A stretch of DNA of 62,128 bases, filler included, from Pirum gemmata (GCA_002812295.1; 15 parts of 15 records of this genome joined end to end with filler, not necessarily neighbours in it), one strand, 5' to 3'. Numbered from the whole stretch's first letter, positions 23,160 to 35,958 are shown. Made by a program: numbers and translations. Notes: generated by a model not told the origin, from the sequence alone.

Positions 23160-24005
23160 AATTTTGTCACTCTGAATATTTATTTGGTTGGTTATAATAT
23201 TTAAGCTGACATTTTTAAATGAATAAATAGATAATAAAATGTACCAAATTAACTGAAATGGATTTATATTATATTAATTCGGTATGATGAACTGAAAAGC
23301 ACGATATTACTAGACCTACGCTTTTCATTTATTTTGTTACTCCAAATATTTATTTGGTTGGTTATGATATTTAAATTGATGCTTTTAAATAAATATATAT
23401 ATAATAAAACATACCAAATTAAATTAAATGGATTGATATTTTATTAATTTGGTACTATTTATTGTATATTTTATGATGAATGAAAAAATAACTGAAAACT
23501 TTGTGAAAAAAAGCCAAGGAGTTCAAAAAAATGTTAGACTAGTCTAGACTACAAAAAAAGTTTTTTTTTTTTTTTTTGAACTCCTTGGAAAAAGCACATA
23601 GACTAACTCTAGCTAGCTAGCTAGCTATCGTGCTTTTCATTGGTTTTGTCATCATTAAATATATAATAAAAAGTACCAAATTAATATAATATAAATTCAT
23701 TTCATTTAATTTGGTATATTTTATTATTTATTTATTCATTTAAAAATGTCAGCTTAAATATTATAACCCACCAAATAACTATTTAGATTGACAAAATAAA
23801 TAAAAAGCACTGTGCTTTTCATTTATCTGTAAAACACGATAGACTACTATTCTATTATTGTGTATATTCGTTTGGTAGGTTATAATCTTTAAATTGGTAT
23901 TTTTAAAAATGAATAAATAGATAATAAACTATAGCAAATTAAATTGAATGGATTTATATTGTATTAATTTGGTAGTCTTTATTGTAATTTTTATGATGAC
24001 AAATA
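23160..24005. mobile_element. Cluster of ~4 nested or adjacent family A MITEs; another truncated copy at 24368-24520
   Basis: Repeated family A cores and TGAAAAGCAC ends in both orientations. Confidence 0.75.
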
Positions 24006-24651
24006 AAAATTACTGTTACTAGTCTATTACTAATTTACTATTTATTACTACTATGACATTGCAGTAGAGTACTAGTACAGTAGAGGTGAGATATCTACTG
24101 GAACTTTTTTCGAACAGATACTTATCGAACCAACCTTAGTTCCGTGTTCCTTACTAATAATAGCTGTTAAATAGCTTAAAATAGTAAATCTAATTATAGT
24201 AGGTACTAATTAAAGTAATAATATTAACATTAATAGTAATAAAAACAATAAAATCGGAAAAGTTTCGGCAGCTATTCGGTAATAATAAAATGACGTCATC
24301 TCACCCCTACTACTACGGGTCCTACACTTAAGACGACGACAATGGCGACTAAAACATTATTTATTGTGTGCTTTTCATTTATTTTGTCACTCCAAATATT
24401 TATTTGGTTGGTTATGATATTTAAATTGACTCTTTTAAATGAATAAATAAATAATAAAATATACCAAATTAAATGAAATGGACTTATATTGTATTAATTT
24501 GGTACTCTTTTTTGTATATTNNNNNNNNNNNNNNNNNNNNNNNNNNNNNNNNNNNNNNNNNNNNTTAATTAATTAANNNNNNNNNNNNNNNNNNNNNNNN
24601 NNNNNNNNNNNNNNNNNNNNAAACAAAAACAAAAACAAAAACAAAAACAAA

Positions 24652-24707
24652 ACCCTAACCCTAACCCTAACCCTAACCCTAACCCTAACCCTAACCCTAA
24701 CCCTAAC
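24652..24707 (+). repeat. (CCCTAA)n array followed by gapped (TTG/TTTG)n microsatellite to ~25245
   Basis: Direct reading. Confidence 0.9.
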
Positions 24708-25597
24708 TCACACATTGCCTTGAACCAGCTCTTGAACCCCTTTTTGTAAACAAACGAAAATTAGAAATGTGGTTGCTTTTTATTGAAAAGTTTGGTATTG
24801 TTTGTGGATTCTATTATTTTAAAAGTTTTGTTGTTTGTTTGTTTTTGTTTGTTGTTTGTTTGTTTGTTTTGTTTGTTTGTTTGTTGTTTGTTGTTTGTTG
24901 TTTGTTGTTTGTTGTTTGTTGTTTGTTGTTGTTGTTTGTTGTTNNNNNNNNNNNNNNNNNNNNNNNNNNNNNNNNNNNNNNNNNNNNNNNNNNNNNNNNN
25001 NNNNNNNNNNNNNNNNNNNNNNNNNNNNNNNNNNNNNNNNNNNNNNNNNNNNNNNNNNNNNNNNNNNNNNNNNNNNNNNNNNNNNNNNNNNNNNNNNNNN
25101 NNNNNNNNNNNNNNNNNNNNNNNNNNNNNNNNNNNNNNNTGTTGTTTGTTGTTTGTTGTTTGTTGTTTGTTGTTTGTTGTTTGCTGTTTGTTGTTTGTTG
25201 TTTGTTGTTTGTTGTTTGTTGTTTGTTGTTGTTGTTTGTTGCTGTTGTGATACTCGGTATCATACCTATGGACTCCTTTGGTAACTACTATCTAGTAACT
25301 ACTATATATAGACTTTAGAAATTACTTACTACAGCAGCTAGCTAGACTACAGTAGCTACTAGTTAGCTAGCTAGAGGACCTTTAGAAAGACCTATAGCGT
25401 GCACTGCACAGTGCAGACTTGGTGCAGAGAGACAGTCAGAGACTGGTCTACCTCAAAAAGTCTGGCTTAGTAGTATCATACGAATCTGTACGATAACGAT
25501 AATATTTATTATAAATAGTAGAAATTAACCATTTTTACATTCATAAATACGATTTTTACAGTCTATATTAGAATATAAGCCAAAATGACGTCATCGA

Positions 25598-26130
25598 AAT
25601 TCTTAAATTTGCGGCCAATATTCTTAAATTTACGGGTGATATTCTTAAATTTGCGGCCAATATTCTTAAATTTGCGGCTGATATTCTTAAATTTGCCATC
25701 AATAGTCTTAAATTTGACCTTTTTTGGTATGTTTTTATCCATATTTGGTTATTTTGTACAATTTTTAGACTATTTTGGTTATTTATAGGTTATTTACAAC
25801 CATTCAACATACCAAATTAAGCGGTTTTTTAGGACAAATTAGGGTTGTGTTTTGTACCAGTCACTTGGATTAACATCATTCAAGGTTGCAATTAACCTTT
25901 CGGTGATTTTGATTGGCTAATAGTTAAAAAAATCACAATACCTTGTTGCAGATTAGTGACTTTAGGGTATAAGTGTCGTTATTATTTAAGAATATTAATA
26001 TTGAATTTAAGAATATTGAATATTGAAAATATTGAATTTAAGAATATTGAATATAATTAAGAATATTGAATATTGATAATATTGAAATTAAGAATATTGA
26101 ATATTGATAATGTTGAAATTAAGAATATTA
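25598..26130. repeat. Inverted arrays of AATATTCTTAAATT (21-bp period, 25598-25716) and AATTTAAGAATATT (25984-26130) around a unique core
   Basis: Direct reading. Confidence 0.75.
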
Positions 26131-26262
26131 AATTATTATTGTATTAATACTAATTACTACTAATTACTAATACTGATACTGATACTAATACTAATACTGA
26201 TACTGATACTAATACTAATACTAATACTAATACTAATACTAATACTAATACTGATACTAATA

Positions 26263-26510
26263 CTAATTACTACATGGTACGCATAATAAATAATAATAAT
26301 CAATACTAATATACTAATTACTAATACTAATTACTACATGGTACGCATAATAAATAATAATAATCAATACTAATACTAATTACTAATACTAATTACTACA
26401 TGGTACGCATAATAAATAATAATAATCAATACTAATACTAATTACTAATACTAATTACTACATGGTACGCAAAACAATACTACATGGCACGCATAATAAA
26501 TAATAATAAT
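26263..26510 (+). repeat. ~62-bp minisatellite with TACATGGTACGC core (5 cores)
   Basis: Cores at 26271, 26335, 26397, 26459, 26481. Confidence 0.85.
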
Positions 26511-26514
26511 AACA

Positions 26515-26697
26515 AAAAAGTCCGGGACTAATAATAATAATAATAATAATAAAAATAATAATAAAAAATATACTAAATCAAGTCTGTGATTTTTTTTATT
26601 ATTGTTAAAGTATTATCACTAAATCAAGTCTGTGATTTTTTTTTATTATTGTTAATAGTATTATCACTAAATCAAGTCCGGGACTTTTTTATATTAT

Positions 26698-26732
<35 letters not shown>

Positions 26733-26768
26733 TATACTAAATCAAGTCTGTGATTTTTTTTTATTAAT

Positions 26769-26815
<47 letters not shown>

Positions 26816-26850
26816 TATACTAAATCAAGTCCGGGACTTTTTTGTATTAT

Positions 26851-26885
<35 letters not shown>

Positions 26886-27428
26886 TATACTAAATCAAGT
26901 CCGGGACTTTTTTTATTAATGTAATAATAGTCTGTGATTTTTTTTTATTATTGTTAATAGTATTATCACTAAATCAAGTCCGGGACTTTTTTTTATTATG
27001 GATTAATAATATAATGATAATAATAAAAAATAAAAAATATAGCTTTTAAAAATTTATTTTTCGTTTGTGATTTGAAAATTATTAAAAACTGCACTTATAT
27101 TTTTAATATTTTATATCATAACACATATTTAACAACAATTATAATAATATTAATAACACCGATTAATACTAACAAAGCAAGTCAGTACTATATCAAATCC
27201 GGGACTTTTTTTTATTATGGATTAATAATATAATGATAATAATAAAAAATAAAAAATATAGCTTGTAAAAATTTATTTTTCGTTTGTGATTTGAAAATTA
27301 TTAAAAACTGCACTTATATTTTTAATATTTTATATCATAACACATATTTAACAACAATTATAATAATATTAACAACACCGATTAATAGTATTAATTCAAG
27401 TCAGTACTATATCAAATCCGGGACTTTT
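26515..27428 (+). repeat. Array of AAGTCCGGGACTT near-palindromes including a ~220-bp tandem duplication
   Basis: ~7 TCCGGGAC cores plus GTCTGTGATT variants. Confidence 0.85.
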
Positions 27429-27445
27429 AATAGCAATTCTTGTTT

Positions 27446-28300
27446 TCATTCTTTGACTTCAATATTATTAGTATCAATACTATAAACAATTTTTTCTTTA
27501 ATGTTTTTACTAGTGGTAACATTTAAATGATTGCATACAGATCGGATAAATTTTTGATAATGTTTATTGAAGTTTTTGATATAATCAAATAGGAAAACTT
27601 TTTGCGATTTCTGCGATGCCAATTTATCCTTCATGTATTGCAAAATTTTAATTAATTCATCTTTAAATTTTCTATCGTTCTTTTTGTTATCAATTACTTC
27701 ATTGAAATACTTAAAGTATACTGTTTTCTTTCTTTGATTGATAACAACAAACGCTTGTAAAAAGTCCGTATCACCCCTCTCATATGTATTAACGATTCGC
27801 CAGATAGTTAGTTCCGTACCAGATCTACAGAAATGATTTACTAGATGCGTAAACTTTTCAATATATTTGGTATTGTCTTCGATATTACTTAATTGTATAG
27901 TAATCGGTCTTGTATTTTTTAAATATGTTTGAACCGTATTCTTACATTGAAGTTCACATTTAAAAACGCTGACCGGTTGTGTGTTGTAGTTGGTAATATC
28001 GTTAGTAATAGTATTATTAATTACTATTTTGTCAGTATTTTCATTGATCATTTTTACCTCATATTTCAATTTAGTATTTTCTTCTGTCAGTTTTACCTGA
28101 TGTTTCAACATATTAATTTCTTCATCTTTTTTTTCAATTTCTTTATCTTTTTTTTCAATTTCTTTATCTTTTTTTTCAATTTCTTCATGGTGTTCTTCCT
28201 TCAATTTTTCAAATGCACATCTTGTCATTGTTGACAAATGTTTCCCTAAGTTTTGTTTATTGAAATCTTTCTTACAGTATTCACAAATAAATCTATTCAT
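27446..28300 (-). CDS. Zn-finger + coiled-coil + Asn-linker protein, giant-virus-like (probable ATG at 28300)
   Basis: MNRFICEYCKKDF...LGKH...C, EIEKKDK x3, KIVINNTITNDITN; intronless; viral affinity is inference. Confidence 0.6.
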   Translation of the reverse strand: MNRFICEYCKKDFNKQNLGKHLSTMTRCAFEKLKEEHHEEIEKKDKEIEKKDKEIEKKDEEINMLKHQVKLTEENTKLKYEVKMINENTDKIVINNTITNDITNYNTQPVSVFKCELQCKNTVQTYLKNTRPITIQLSNIEDNTKYIEKFTHLVNHFCRSGTELTIWRIVNTYERGDTDFLQAFVVINQRKKTVYFKYFNEVIDNKKNDRKFKDELIKILQYMKDKLASQKSQKVFLFDYIKNFNKHYQKFIRSVCNHLNVTTSKNIKEKIVYSIDTNNIEVKE

Positions 28301-28394
28301 TTTTATTTGTGAAGTAAGAAAGATTTCAATAAACAAAACTTATTTTTTTTTTTACTTAACTAAACTTATTTTTTTTTTTACTTTTTAACTAAAC

Positions 28395-28429
<35 letters not shown>

Positions 28430-28573
28430 TAAACTTTCTTTTTTTTTTTTTTTTNNNNNNNNNNNNNNNNNNNNNNNNNNNNNNNNNNNNNNNNNNNNTT
28501 AATTAATTAANNNNNNNNNNNNNNNNNNNNNNNNNNNNNNNNNNNNNNNNNNNNTAATAATAATAATAATAAT

Positions 28574-28878
28574 AAGATCGGAATTTAAACTGTACGTGGT
28601 ATGTTGTGTTGGTCACATTACAAGTTTAGACAACGCTTGGTAACCAAAAGCGAATTGTTTAGTGATTGTAAAGTGATTGAATGTGATAAGTCTTTTAAAC
28701 TTCAAAATGCTGTGGATATTGTGGTGTCATTAATAATAGACTTGGTGGTAGTAAAGTATTTATGTGTAAACAAAAGTTTAATGCCCGTGGCCGTGATATT
28801 CACGCTGCTCGAAATATTTTTTTACGTTATTTAACACGTAATAAAATAGTATTTCGAAATTCGGCTCGAATTCCCTAA
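28574..28878 (+). pseudogene. Fanzor/TnpB RNA-guided nuclease C-terminal relic
   Basis: KIGI*TVRGMLCWSHYKFRQRL...VIECDKSF / frameshift at 28697-28698 / TSKCCGYCG...LGGSKVFMC...RDIHAARNIFLR. Confidence 0.88.
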
Positions 28879-29010
28879 TGGTTCGAGTTTGCTACTTGGA
28901 GCCTGCAGAGATGACGATGTGCGTCCCTCTGTTGCAAATAACTTGTTATACTTGTACAAAATTTCTTATTGAAAATACAAGTTTTGATAGGGAATGCAAG
29001 TTTTAATCCA
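28864..29010 (+). ncRNA. Putative omega-RNA scaffold overlapping and following the Fanzor stop codon
   Basis: Three hairpins: 28864-28888, 28906-28931, 28950-28982; position typical of TnpB/Fanzor guide RNAs. Confidence 0.45.
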
Positions 29011-29659
29011 AGCGTAGAAAATAGTAGTAGGGGTGAGATGACGTCATTTTATTATTACCGAACAGCTGCCGGAACTTTTCTGATTTTTATGGTTTTTATT
29101 ACTATTAATGTTCATAATATTACTTTAATTGGTATCTACTATAATTAGATTTACTATTTAAGCTATTTAACTGCTATTATTAGTAAGGAACACGGAACTA
29201 AGGTTGGCTCGATAAGCATCTGTTCGAAACTAAAATAGTAGAAAGCAGACACACACTTTTTTTTTTTTTCTATGAATAAATGAGATCTCAGTACTTAGAC
29301 CTCATGATGCATAATAATATGATAAAGAGAAATTTTATTATATTTTATTTTTTTCACTATCATCCTGGATAGAAACGGCGAATCCCTCATATGAGCTCAA
29401 AAATCCAAAAAATCTCAAAATAATCCGATTTTAATGAAAGTACTAAACTAAGTACTAAAATTTTGAGAAATCTTCTAACTAAGAAAACTCTATTATGAAC
29501 CAAGGGTCAATTTTTAAAAAAATAAGTTGGCTAGTTAACATTAAAGATTTTTAGAAAAGAAGTCTAAAAAAAAATGATTGCTACAGTTTTATCCGGCCTG
29601 GCTGTGAAAAAAAAAAGTTCTGTTTTCTTTTATAAAAAAAAGGAAAAGCATTAAGTTAC

Positions 29660-29810
29660 AGTTATATAGTTAAATTAAAGTTGTAATTTGTTGATTTGTT
29701 TCATAATACTTTGGTATAAGTCAATGATTTGATTATCAGTTGGTTGTGAATTGTTGTACTTTTCATAATAAGACCATAATATATATAGTGTATTGTTCTT
29801 TTGTTGTAGT
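29660..29810 (+). repeat. Dispersed repeat family, also at ~19790-19930 and ~59590-59720
   Basis: Shared AGTTGTA...TTTCATAATACTTTG...ATTTGATT.TC. Confidence 0.55.
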
Positions 29811-29943
29811 ATCGATATTAGCTAGCTATCAATACTAGATTCTTTGCAAAATAACCATTTCTTACTTTTAATTTTAATAGTTCCTTCTGGTTCTATAACT
29901 TTTATTTCAACCAAAATATTTCAACTGATTTTGTTTATACTTA

Positions 29944-30088
29944 GGGAGCGTTCAAATAATACGTCACGTCAAGAGATAGGTAGGTGGGTGGTATTTGACC
30001 GGAAATTAACGTCGAGGGGTAGGTAGGTAGGGGTATTTGAAGCTGTATTTGAATGGAAATTGGCGTTACGTAGTATTTGAACACTCCC
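29944..30088 (+). mobile_element. PIF/Harbinger-type MITE (family D) with TTA TSD; others at 22352-22481, 30877-31027, 31459-31587, 35993-36108, 44580-44695
   Basis: TTA|GGGAGCGTTCAAATAATACGT...ACGTAGTATTTGAACACTCCC|TTA. Confidence 0.85.
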
Positions 30089-32217
30089 TTATAACATTTT
30101 CAACCGAGTTCCTAGCTAGCTATTAGCTAGAGGACTGACTAGCTTTTTTGCAAAGGTACAATTTTTTTTACTCGGTTCTGGGAGGAGGGATGAGATGACG
30201 TCATTTTACTAATGGAAGGCTCTGGTACCAAAAGTTCGCCAAAATGAAATTTTTGTGATTAAAATTACTTTAAATAGTATAATAGTTACTATTAATAGAA
30301 GCTTCTAAAAATAGTAGCTACTATTTATAGCTATATAAATACTATTTATGGTAACTGCGAAGTGGCGAATAGCCTTCCACTTCACCCCTCGCCCTTNNNN
30401 NNNNNNNNNNNNNNNNNNNNNNNNNNNNNNNNNNNNNNNNNNNNNNNNNNNNNNNNNNNNNNNNNNNNNNNNNNNTTTTCATTTATTTTGTCACTCCGAA
30501 TATTTATTTGGTTGTTTATAATATTTAAATTGATATTTTTAAATAAATAAATAAATAATAAAATATACCAAATTAAATGCAATGGATATATATTGTATTA
30601 ATTTGGTACTATTTATTGTATATTTTATGACGACAAAATAACTGAAAAGCACGATAATGGCCAAGGAATTATTACACATTCGGATGTAGAACTGCAACCT
30701 CGTTTTTTTGCTTTTTTTTTTTGTTGTCCTCGGGCGTACGCATGGTCAAGAAAGTGTAAAAAAAAAGGAAATTATTTTGATAAAAATAGTAGCTAGCTCT
30801 CGCTTTCTACGATATGATAAAAACTACTCTTGAAAGAGTCCCTTGAAAAGCCTTGAAAAGTTCTACTATATTAATTGGGAGCGTTCAAGTAATACGTCAC
30901 GTCAAGGGGTAGGTAGGTAGGTAGGCGGTATTTGAAGGGGAAATTAACGTCAAGGAGAAGGTAGGTAGGGGGTATTTGAAGCTGTATTTGACCACAAATT
31001 GGCGTTACATAGAATTTGATTGCTCCTGACTCCTGAGTCCCTATAACCCTTTCTACAACCAACCCACCGCCTGGTTTCAAGTTTTTTTTTTTTTTTCATA
31101 TCGAAGTGATAGTATAATATCATAGCATTTCAAGAAAATTAGGGTACGGCAAAAATTGAAAATTTGACTTAAATTACTATAAAAAGTTAACTTATAACCA
31201 TTAATAGTAATACTTAATATAGTAAACTACTATTTTAAGGTTATAAATATCTATTTTAAGTAATAATTTTTTGCCATCTCAATTCCTTTTGTAACCTATC
31301 TCCAAATTTCTGCCAAAGGGGATGTCATCCCTCCTGCCTCAATAGTGCCTCAATGTGAAAATGTACTGAAAATGTTTTCTTGAATTTCTAAAAGGGCTGT
31401 CTCTCTCTAGCTAGCTATCGATAGTCTAGCTAGCTAGAGCTACTAGCTAGCTAGCTAGAGAGCGTTCAAATACAGTTGAAACCAGTCAAATACAGCTTCA
31501 AATAGTCTTCAAATACCCCTACCTAGACGTTAATTTCTGGTCAAATACCACCTACCTACCTACCCCTTGACGTGACGTATGCTCCCCTAACTGCTCCCCA
31601 ATAAATTTATCATAATTATTATAGTAAATTTATGATATGATAATGTGATAGCTCCTAGCTACTAGCTAGCTAGCTATGATAGAGTTATGAACTTATGATA
31701 GCTAGCTAGCTGAGCTGGTATCATAATAATATCATACCTCCTTCACTGCAGCACTAGCTAACTAGCTAGTGTCTATTTGTCAGTGCGTCCTCAATTTGAG
31801 GCCGAGGGCCATTTTTATAACAATTATTTTTATTATTATTATTATTGAAATAAAAAGTATATCAATAATATATCAAAATAATAGGAAATTGCAGTGAAAT
31901 TGCACTGAAATTGCTATAGTATTGCTATGTGTCTGCCATACCATACTTGTGTCATATTAATTAAACATTGATGCTCACTTTTTAACTTACGAAATAAATT
32001 TTGCTGTATGATAGTGTCTTGTAGACTTCTTCTTGTAGGATCTACGATAAAACTTTTTTTTTTTTATGGTTAGAGGCCTCATGAAATACTAACAAATAGA
32101 CACTAGCTAGCTACTTGAGAAGCACTTGAGATTTGCTCCTCCAGACTCTATCTCGAATTGAAAAGAATTATAGATATGAGAACAAAAAAAGAACAATGGA
32201 CTAAAATAAAAGAATTA

Positions 32218-32429
32218 TCATGTAAGTCCTTCTGGAATTGGTATATCATATCTTTTACTTAATTCTTTTATTTTAGTCCACTGCTCTTTTTTTGTTCTCA
32301 TATCTATAATTCTTTTCAATTCTATATTATAAAGATAATCCATATGTGTAATAGGTGGCAAGGCCAATACTATCATTGCAGGTCTCTCTTTATCAATGTT
32401 GGCCTTTCCTTGGGAAAAATTCAAATGAC
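32218..32429 (-). CDS. Probable terminal exon of an unknown protein, partly duplicated in inverted orientation
   Basis: AATAG acceptor after (TAA)n; open frame GHLNFSQGKANIDKERPAMIVLALPP...PEGLT*. Confidence 0.5.
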
Positions 32430-34832
32430 CTATTATTGTTATCATTATTACTATTATTACTATTATTATTATTATTATTATTAATTATTATTATTATTAT
32501 TATTACTATTATTATTNNNNNNNNNNNNNNNNNNNNNNNNNNNNNNNNNNNNNNNNNNNNTTAATTAATTAANNNNNNNNNNNNNNNNNNNNNNNNNNNN
32601 NNNNNNNNNNNNNNNNACAAAGAAGGGGGCAGATACTGTTATGTATAAGTTGCGTCCACCATATCATATCATAATAAAAAAAAAACTTCAAGATAAGAAC
32701 AAGAACCCACTTCTACCTAGCTACTAGCTAGTAGTAGACTGCTAGCCACTACTACTAGCTAGCTAGCTAGTTGAGTAGTAGGTCTAGGCCGTCTAGCTAG
32801 CTCTAGCTAGCAGTGAGAGAACACTGAGAGAACCCCAGCCAGGGTTCTAGCCAGGGTTCTTGAAATATGATATATAAATAAGGAAAACATCTTCTGTAGC
32901 TAGCTAGAGGGAAATAACTACTAGCTAGTAGTAGCTACCAGGAAAATAATTTTTTTTTATTAAAATATGATATTATGATAATATGATAAGAAAAAAAAAG
33001 TTAGCACTACTGTAGCTACTACTGTGCCTACCTAGCCTAGCTAGCTAGCTAGCTCTAGCTAGTAGCAGTTGTCTACTCTGGTTTTCTACTACTAGCTAGA
33101 GTCTATCATAGTATCATAGCTAGGTAGTCTAGCTAGCCCCTACTTTGTTTAGCAGACTCAGGCTGGTATTATATTTCCATATTAAGTGTTTTTATTCCCC
33201 AATATGGGGTGATATCAACATTACCTGCCATATATCATACCAAAAAAAAAAAAATGGATTCATCTCTTCTTGATACGTCTATACTACTGATATATGGAAC
33301 CAGATTTGGGTCTTTCCAAACTTTTTCATAGGGTTTTTCAAGTGTTTTAAAAAAAAAATTTTCATCAGTGTTTTTCATTATTTCATAGTCTATATCGATT
33401 TAGAAAAAAAAAAAGTGCTAGTATAGTTACTATAGTAGTATAGTAGTATATTATTTTTTAAAAAAATTATGATATTATACTATAGTATAGTATCATGTTT
33501 TATTAGTATTTTATTGTAGATATTTTATAATGGCATTAAATTTTTATATAGTATAAAATTTAATATTATATATATGATACATACATCATAATAACTATCA
33601 TAATGATGTATTATTGACCAATATTCCAAGGAGTTCTTGTGAACAATTTTTGAACTGCTTGGCACTCAGCTGCCAGGCAGACCTTATCCCAAGTTATCCA
33701 GGGCAGATAGATAAGTTTATCGATACTACTGACTACCCAGTAGGCTAATATTAGGGAGGTCAGAAGTGTCTAATAAAGCTCTACTACTACTAGCTACTAG
33801 CTAGTATCGATTGTATTGTGCTTTTCATTTATTTTGTCACTCCGAATATTTATTTGGCAGTTTATAATATATAAATTGATACTTTTAAATTAATAAATAT
33901 ATAATAAAATATACCGAATTAAATGCAATGACGACAAAATAACTGAAAAGCACGATAAAGCTCTAATATTAAAGCTACTAGAGAGCAGAATAATTAGCAG
34001 AATAATTATGATATCAGCAGAATTGCAATTTACAAGGAGTTCAAGACCCAGAAATCCCAGAATTGTCCCTGAGGAGTGAGGAATTGTCATCTATATCTTG
34101 AGATAATCTACTATAGAATAGCTAGCTAGCTACACTGCTACTAGGCTAGCTAGTATTGATACTAGCTAGCTAGACATTTGGAACATTCATTCATTCATAT
34201 TCATTCATTCATTAATAACGTCATCATAAAACATTGCAGACCCTCCCCACTTTCTGACCACATCTGATGAAATTACTAGGCTTTCAGATTGCAATCTAAG
34301 CCATTAAAATGGAAATCTCGAAAAAGGATATTTCGAAAAGTGACGTCATTAATTAATGTTCCCAGACTGGATTCTCTGGATTCTGGACTAGCTAGCTAGC
34401 TAGAGAGTACTGAGTAGGGGTGAGATGACGTCATTTTATTATTACCGAACAGCTGTCGGAACTTTTCCGATTTTATGTTTTATTACTATTAATGTTAATT
34501 TTATTACTTTAATTGGTAACTATTATAATTATATTTACTATTTTAAGATATTTAACTGCTATTATTAGTAAGAAACAGGGACAAAGGTTGGCTCGATAAG
34601 CATATATTCGAAAAAAGTTCCAGTAGATATCTGTATCTCACCCTTACTGAGTACTGTTATATACTACTAGGTAGCTAGCTAGATGTAGCTAGCTAGCTAT
34701 CGATAACTCTCAAGCTCTAGTAGCTAGCTATCTAGTAGAGAGCTAACTGTAGTCTAGCTAACTAGCTACTAGCTATCGATAACTAGCAGCTACTAGTATA
34801 GTAGAGCCACTGTAGAAATCGATAGTAAACTG

Positions 34833-34990
34833 TTGTGTTTTTCAATAGTGTTTGTTGTCCAGTTCAAAAACTGAAATAAACATATCAAATTACCATTATG
34901 GTTAAACTATCAGGCATGTTTTAATCAAGTTCAAGCTACAGTACCTGGTAGCTGCATTCGTTCATAGTAGAGTTTTATTAGTAAGTTATT
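34833..34990 (+). mobile_element. MITE family related to A (GTGTTTTTC ends); also ~50878-51090 and ~52170-52331 (-)
   Basis: Shared AGTTCAAAAACTGAAATA and CAAGTTCAA cores. Confidence 0.55.
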
Positions 34991-35725
34991 AAACGGTTAT
35001 TCAAAATTTGGCATGATAGTACGGTAGACTTATGGTAGTTTGTTTAGAGGTAAGGTATAGTCTTTGATATTTTTTGGATAATATGAGTATAATATGGTGG
35101 GTGTAGCATTTTTTATCTGGCTTGGTAGTCATACCAGGGAACAGACCAGGCCCCAGTGGAGACCAGTGGGGTACCAGTGTACTTTTAGTTTAACAATATC
35201 ATAATTATTATGACAGAAGTTTTATAGTGCTTTTTTTCAGTTGTTTTGTCATCATAAAATATATAATAAATAGTACCAAATTACTACAATATAAATCCAT
35301 TTGATTTAATTTGGTATATTTTATTATCTATGTATTGATTTAAAAATGCCAATTAAAATATTATAACCCTCCAAATAAATAATAGGAGTGACAAACTAAA
35401 TGAAAAGCACGATAATTAATTAAAAGTCAAAAAATATATTATTATATCTGATGATAAATGTAGTTTTTTTATCCGAGTACTATCAATACTATGATAGCTA
35501 GTAGCTAGCTATGGGACAAACAATCTAAAAACGTTCTTCTAATAATTAATTAAAAACGAACTTCAAATCTATTACTTTTATTTATTACATCACAGAATTT
35601 TACAGTGCATTACTTATGTTCAAAAACTGAAAATTCTAGTGAAACCCAAAAGTTGGGCGTTTCTAAATAATTATTTGCGCCTAGTATGATAGGTATTTCT
35701 AGTGGCAGTCTCTAGCTAGAGTAGA

Positions 35726-35958
35726 CAGTAGGGGTGAGATGACGTTATTTTATTATTACCGAACAGTTGCCGGAACTTTTCCGATTTTTATGGTTTTATT
35801 AATATTGATGTAAATATTATTACTTTAATTGGTATCTACTATATTAGATTTACTATTTTAAGCTATTTAACTACTATTTTTAGTAAGAAACACGGAACTA
35901 AGGTTGGCTCGATAAGCATCTGTTCGAAAAAGTTCCAGTAGATATCTCACCCCTACTG
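35726..35958 (+). mobile_element. Tc1/mariner/pogo-like MITE family B (~230 bp); others at 24078-24312 (-), 29026-29230, 34413-34649, 40586-40721 (-), 44095-44338, 55792-56020
   Basis: TIR CAGTAGGGGTGAGAT...ATCTCACCCCTACTG, TA flank on intact ends; copies highly similar. Confidence 0.88.

Noticed and set aside
22868..24351. TAGTCGCC...GGCGACTA as ends of a 1.5-kb element
   Set aside because: Only an 8-bp inverted match and no second copy
24621..24707. True chromosome end
   Set aside because: Short array preceded by (AAAAAC)n; similar arrays are clearly interstitial elsewhere
24767..25318. Cys/Leu/Val-rich ORFs
   Set aside because: Microsatellite plus N gap
26263..27428. CRISPR-like array
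   Set aside because: Spacers are themselves repeated low-complexity sequence, no cas genes, eukaryotic context
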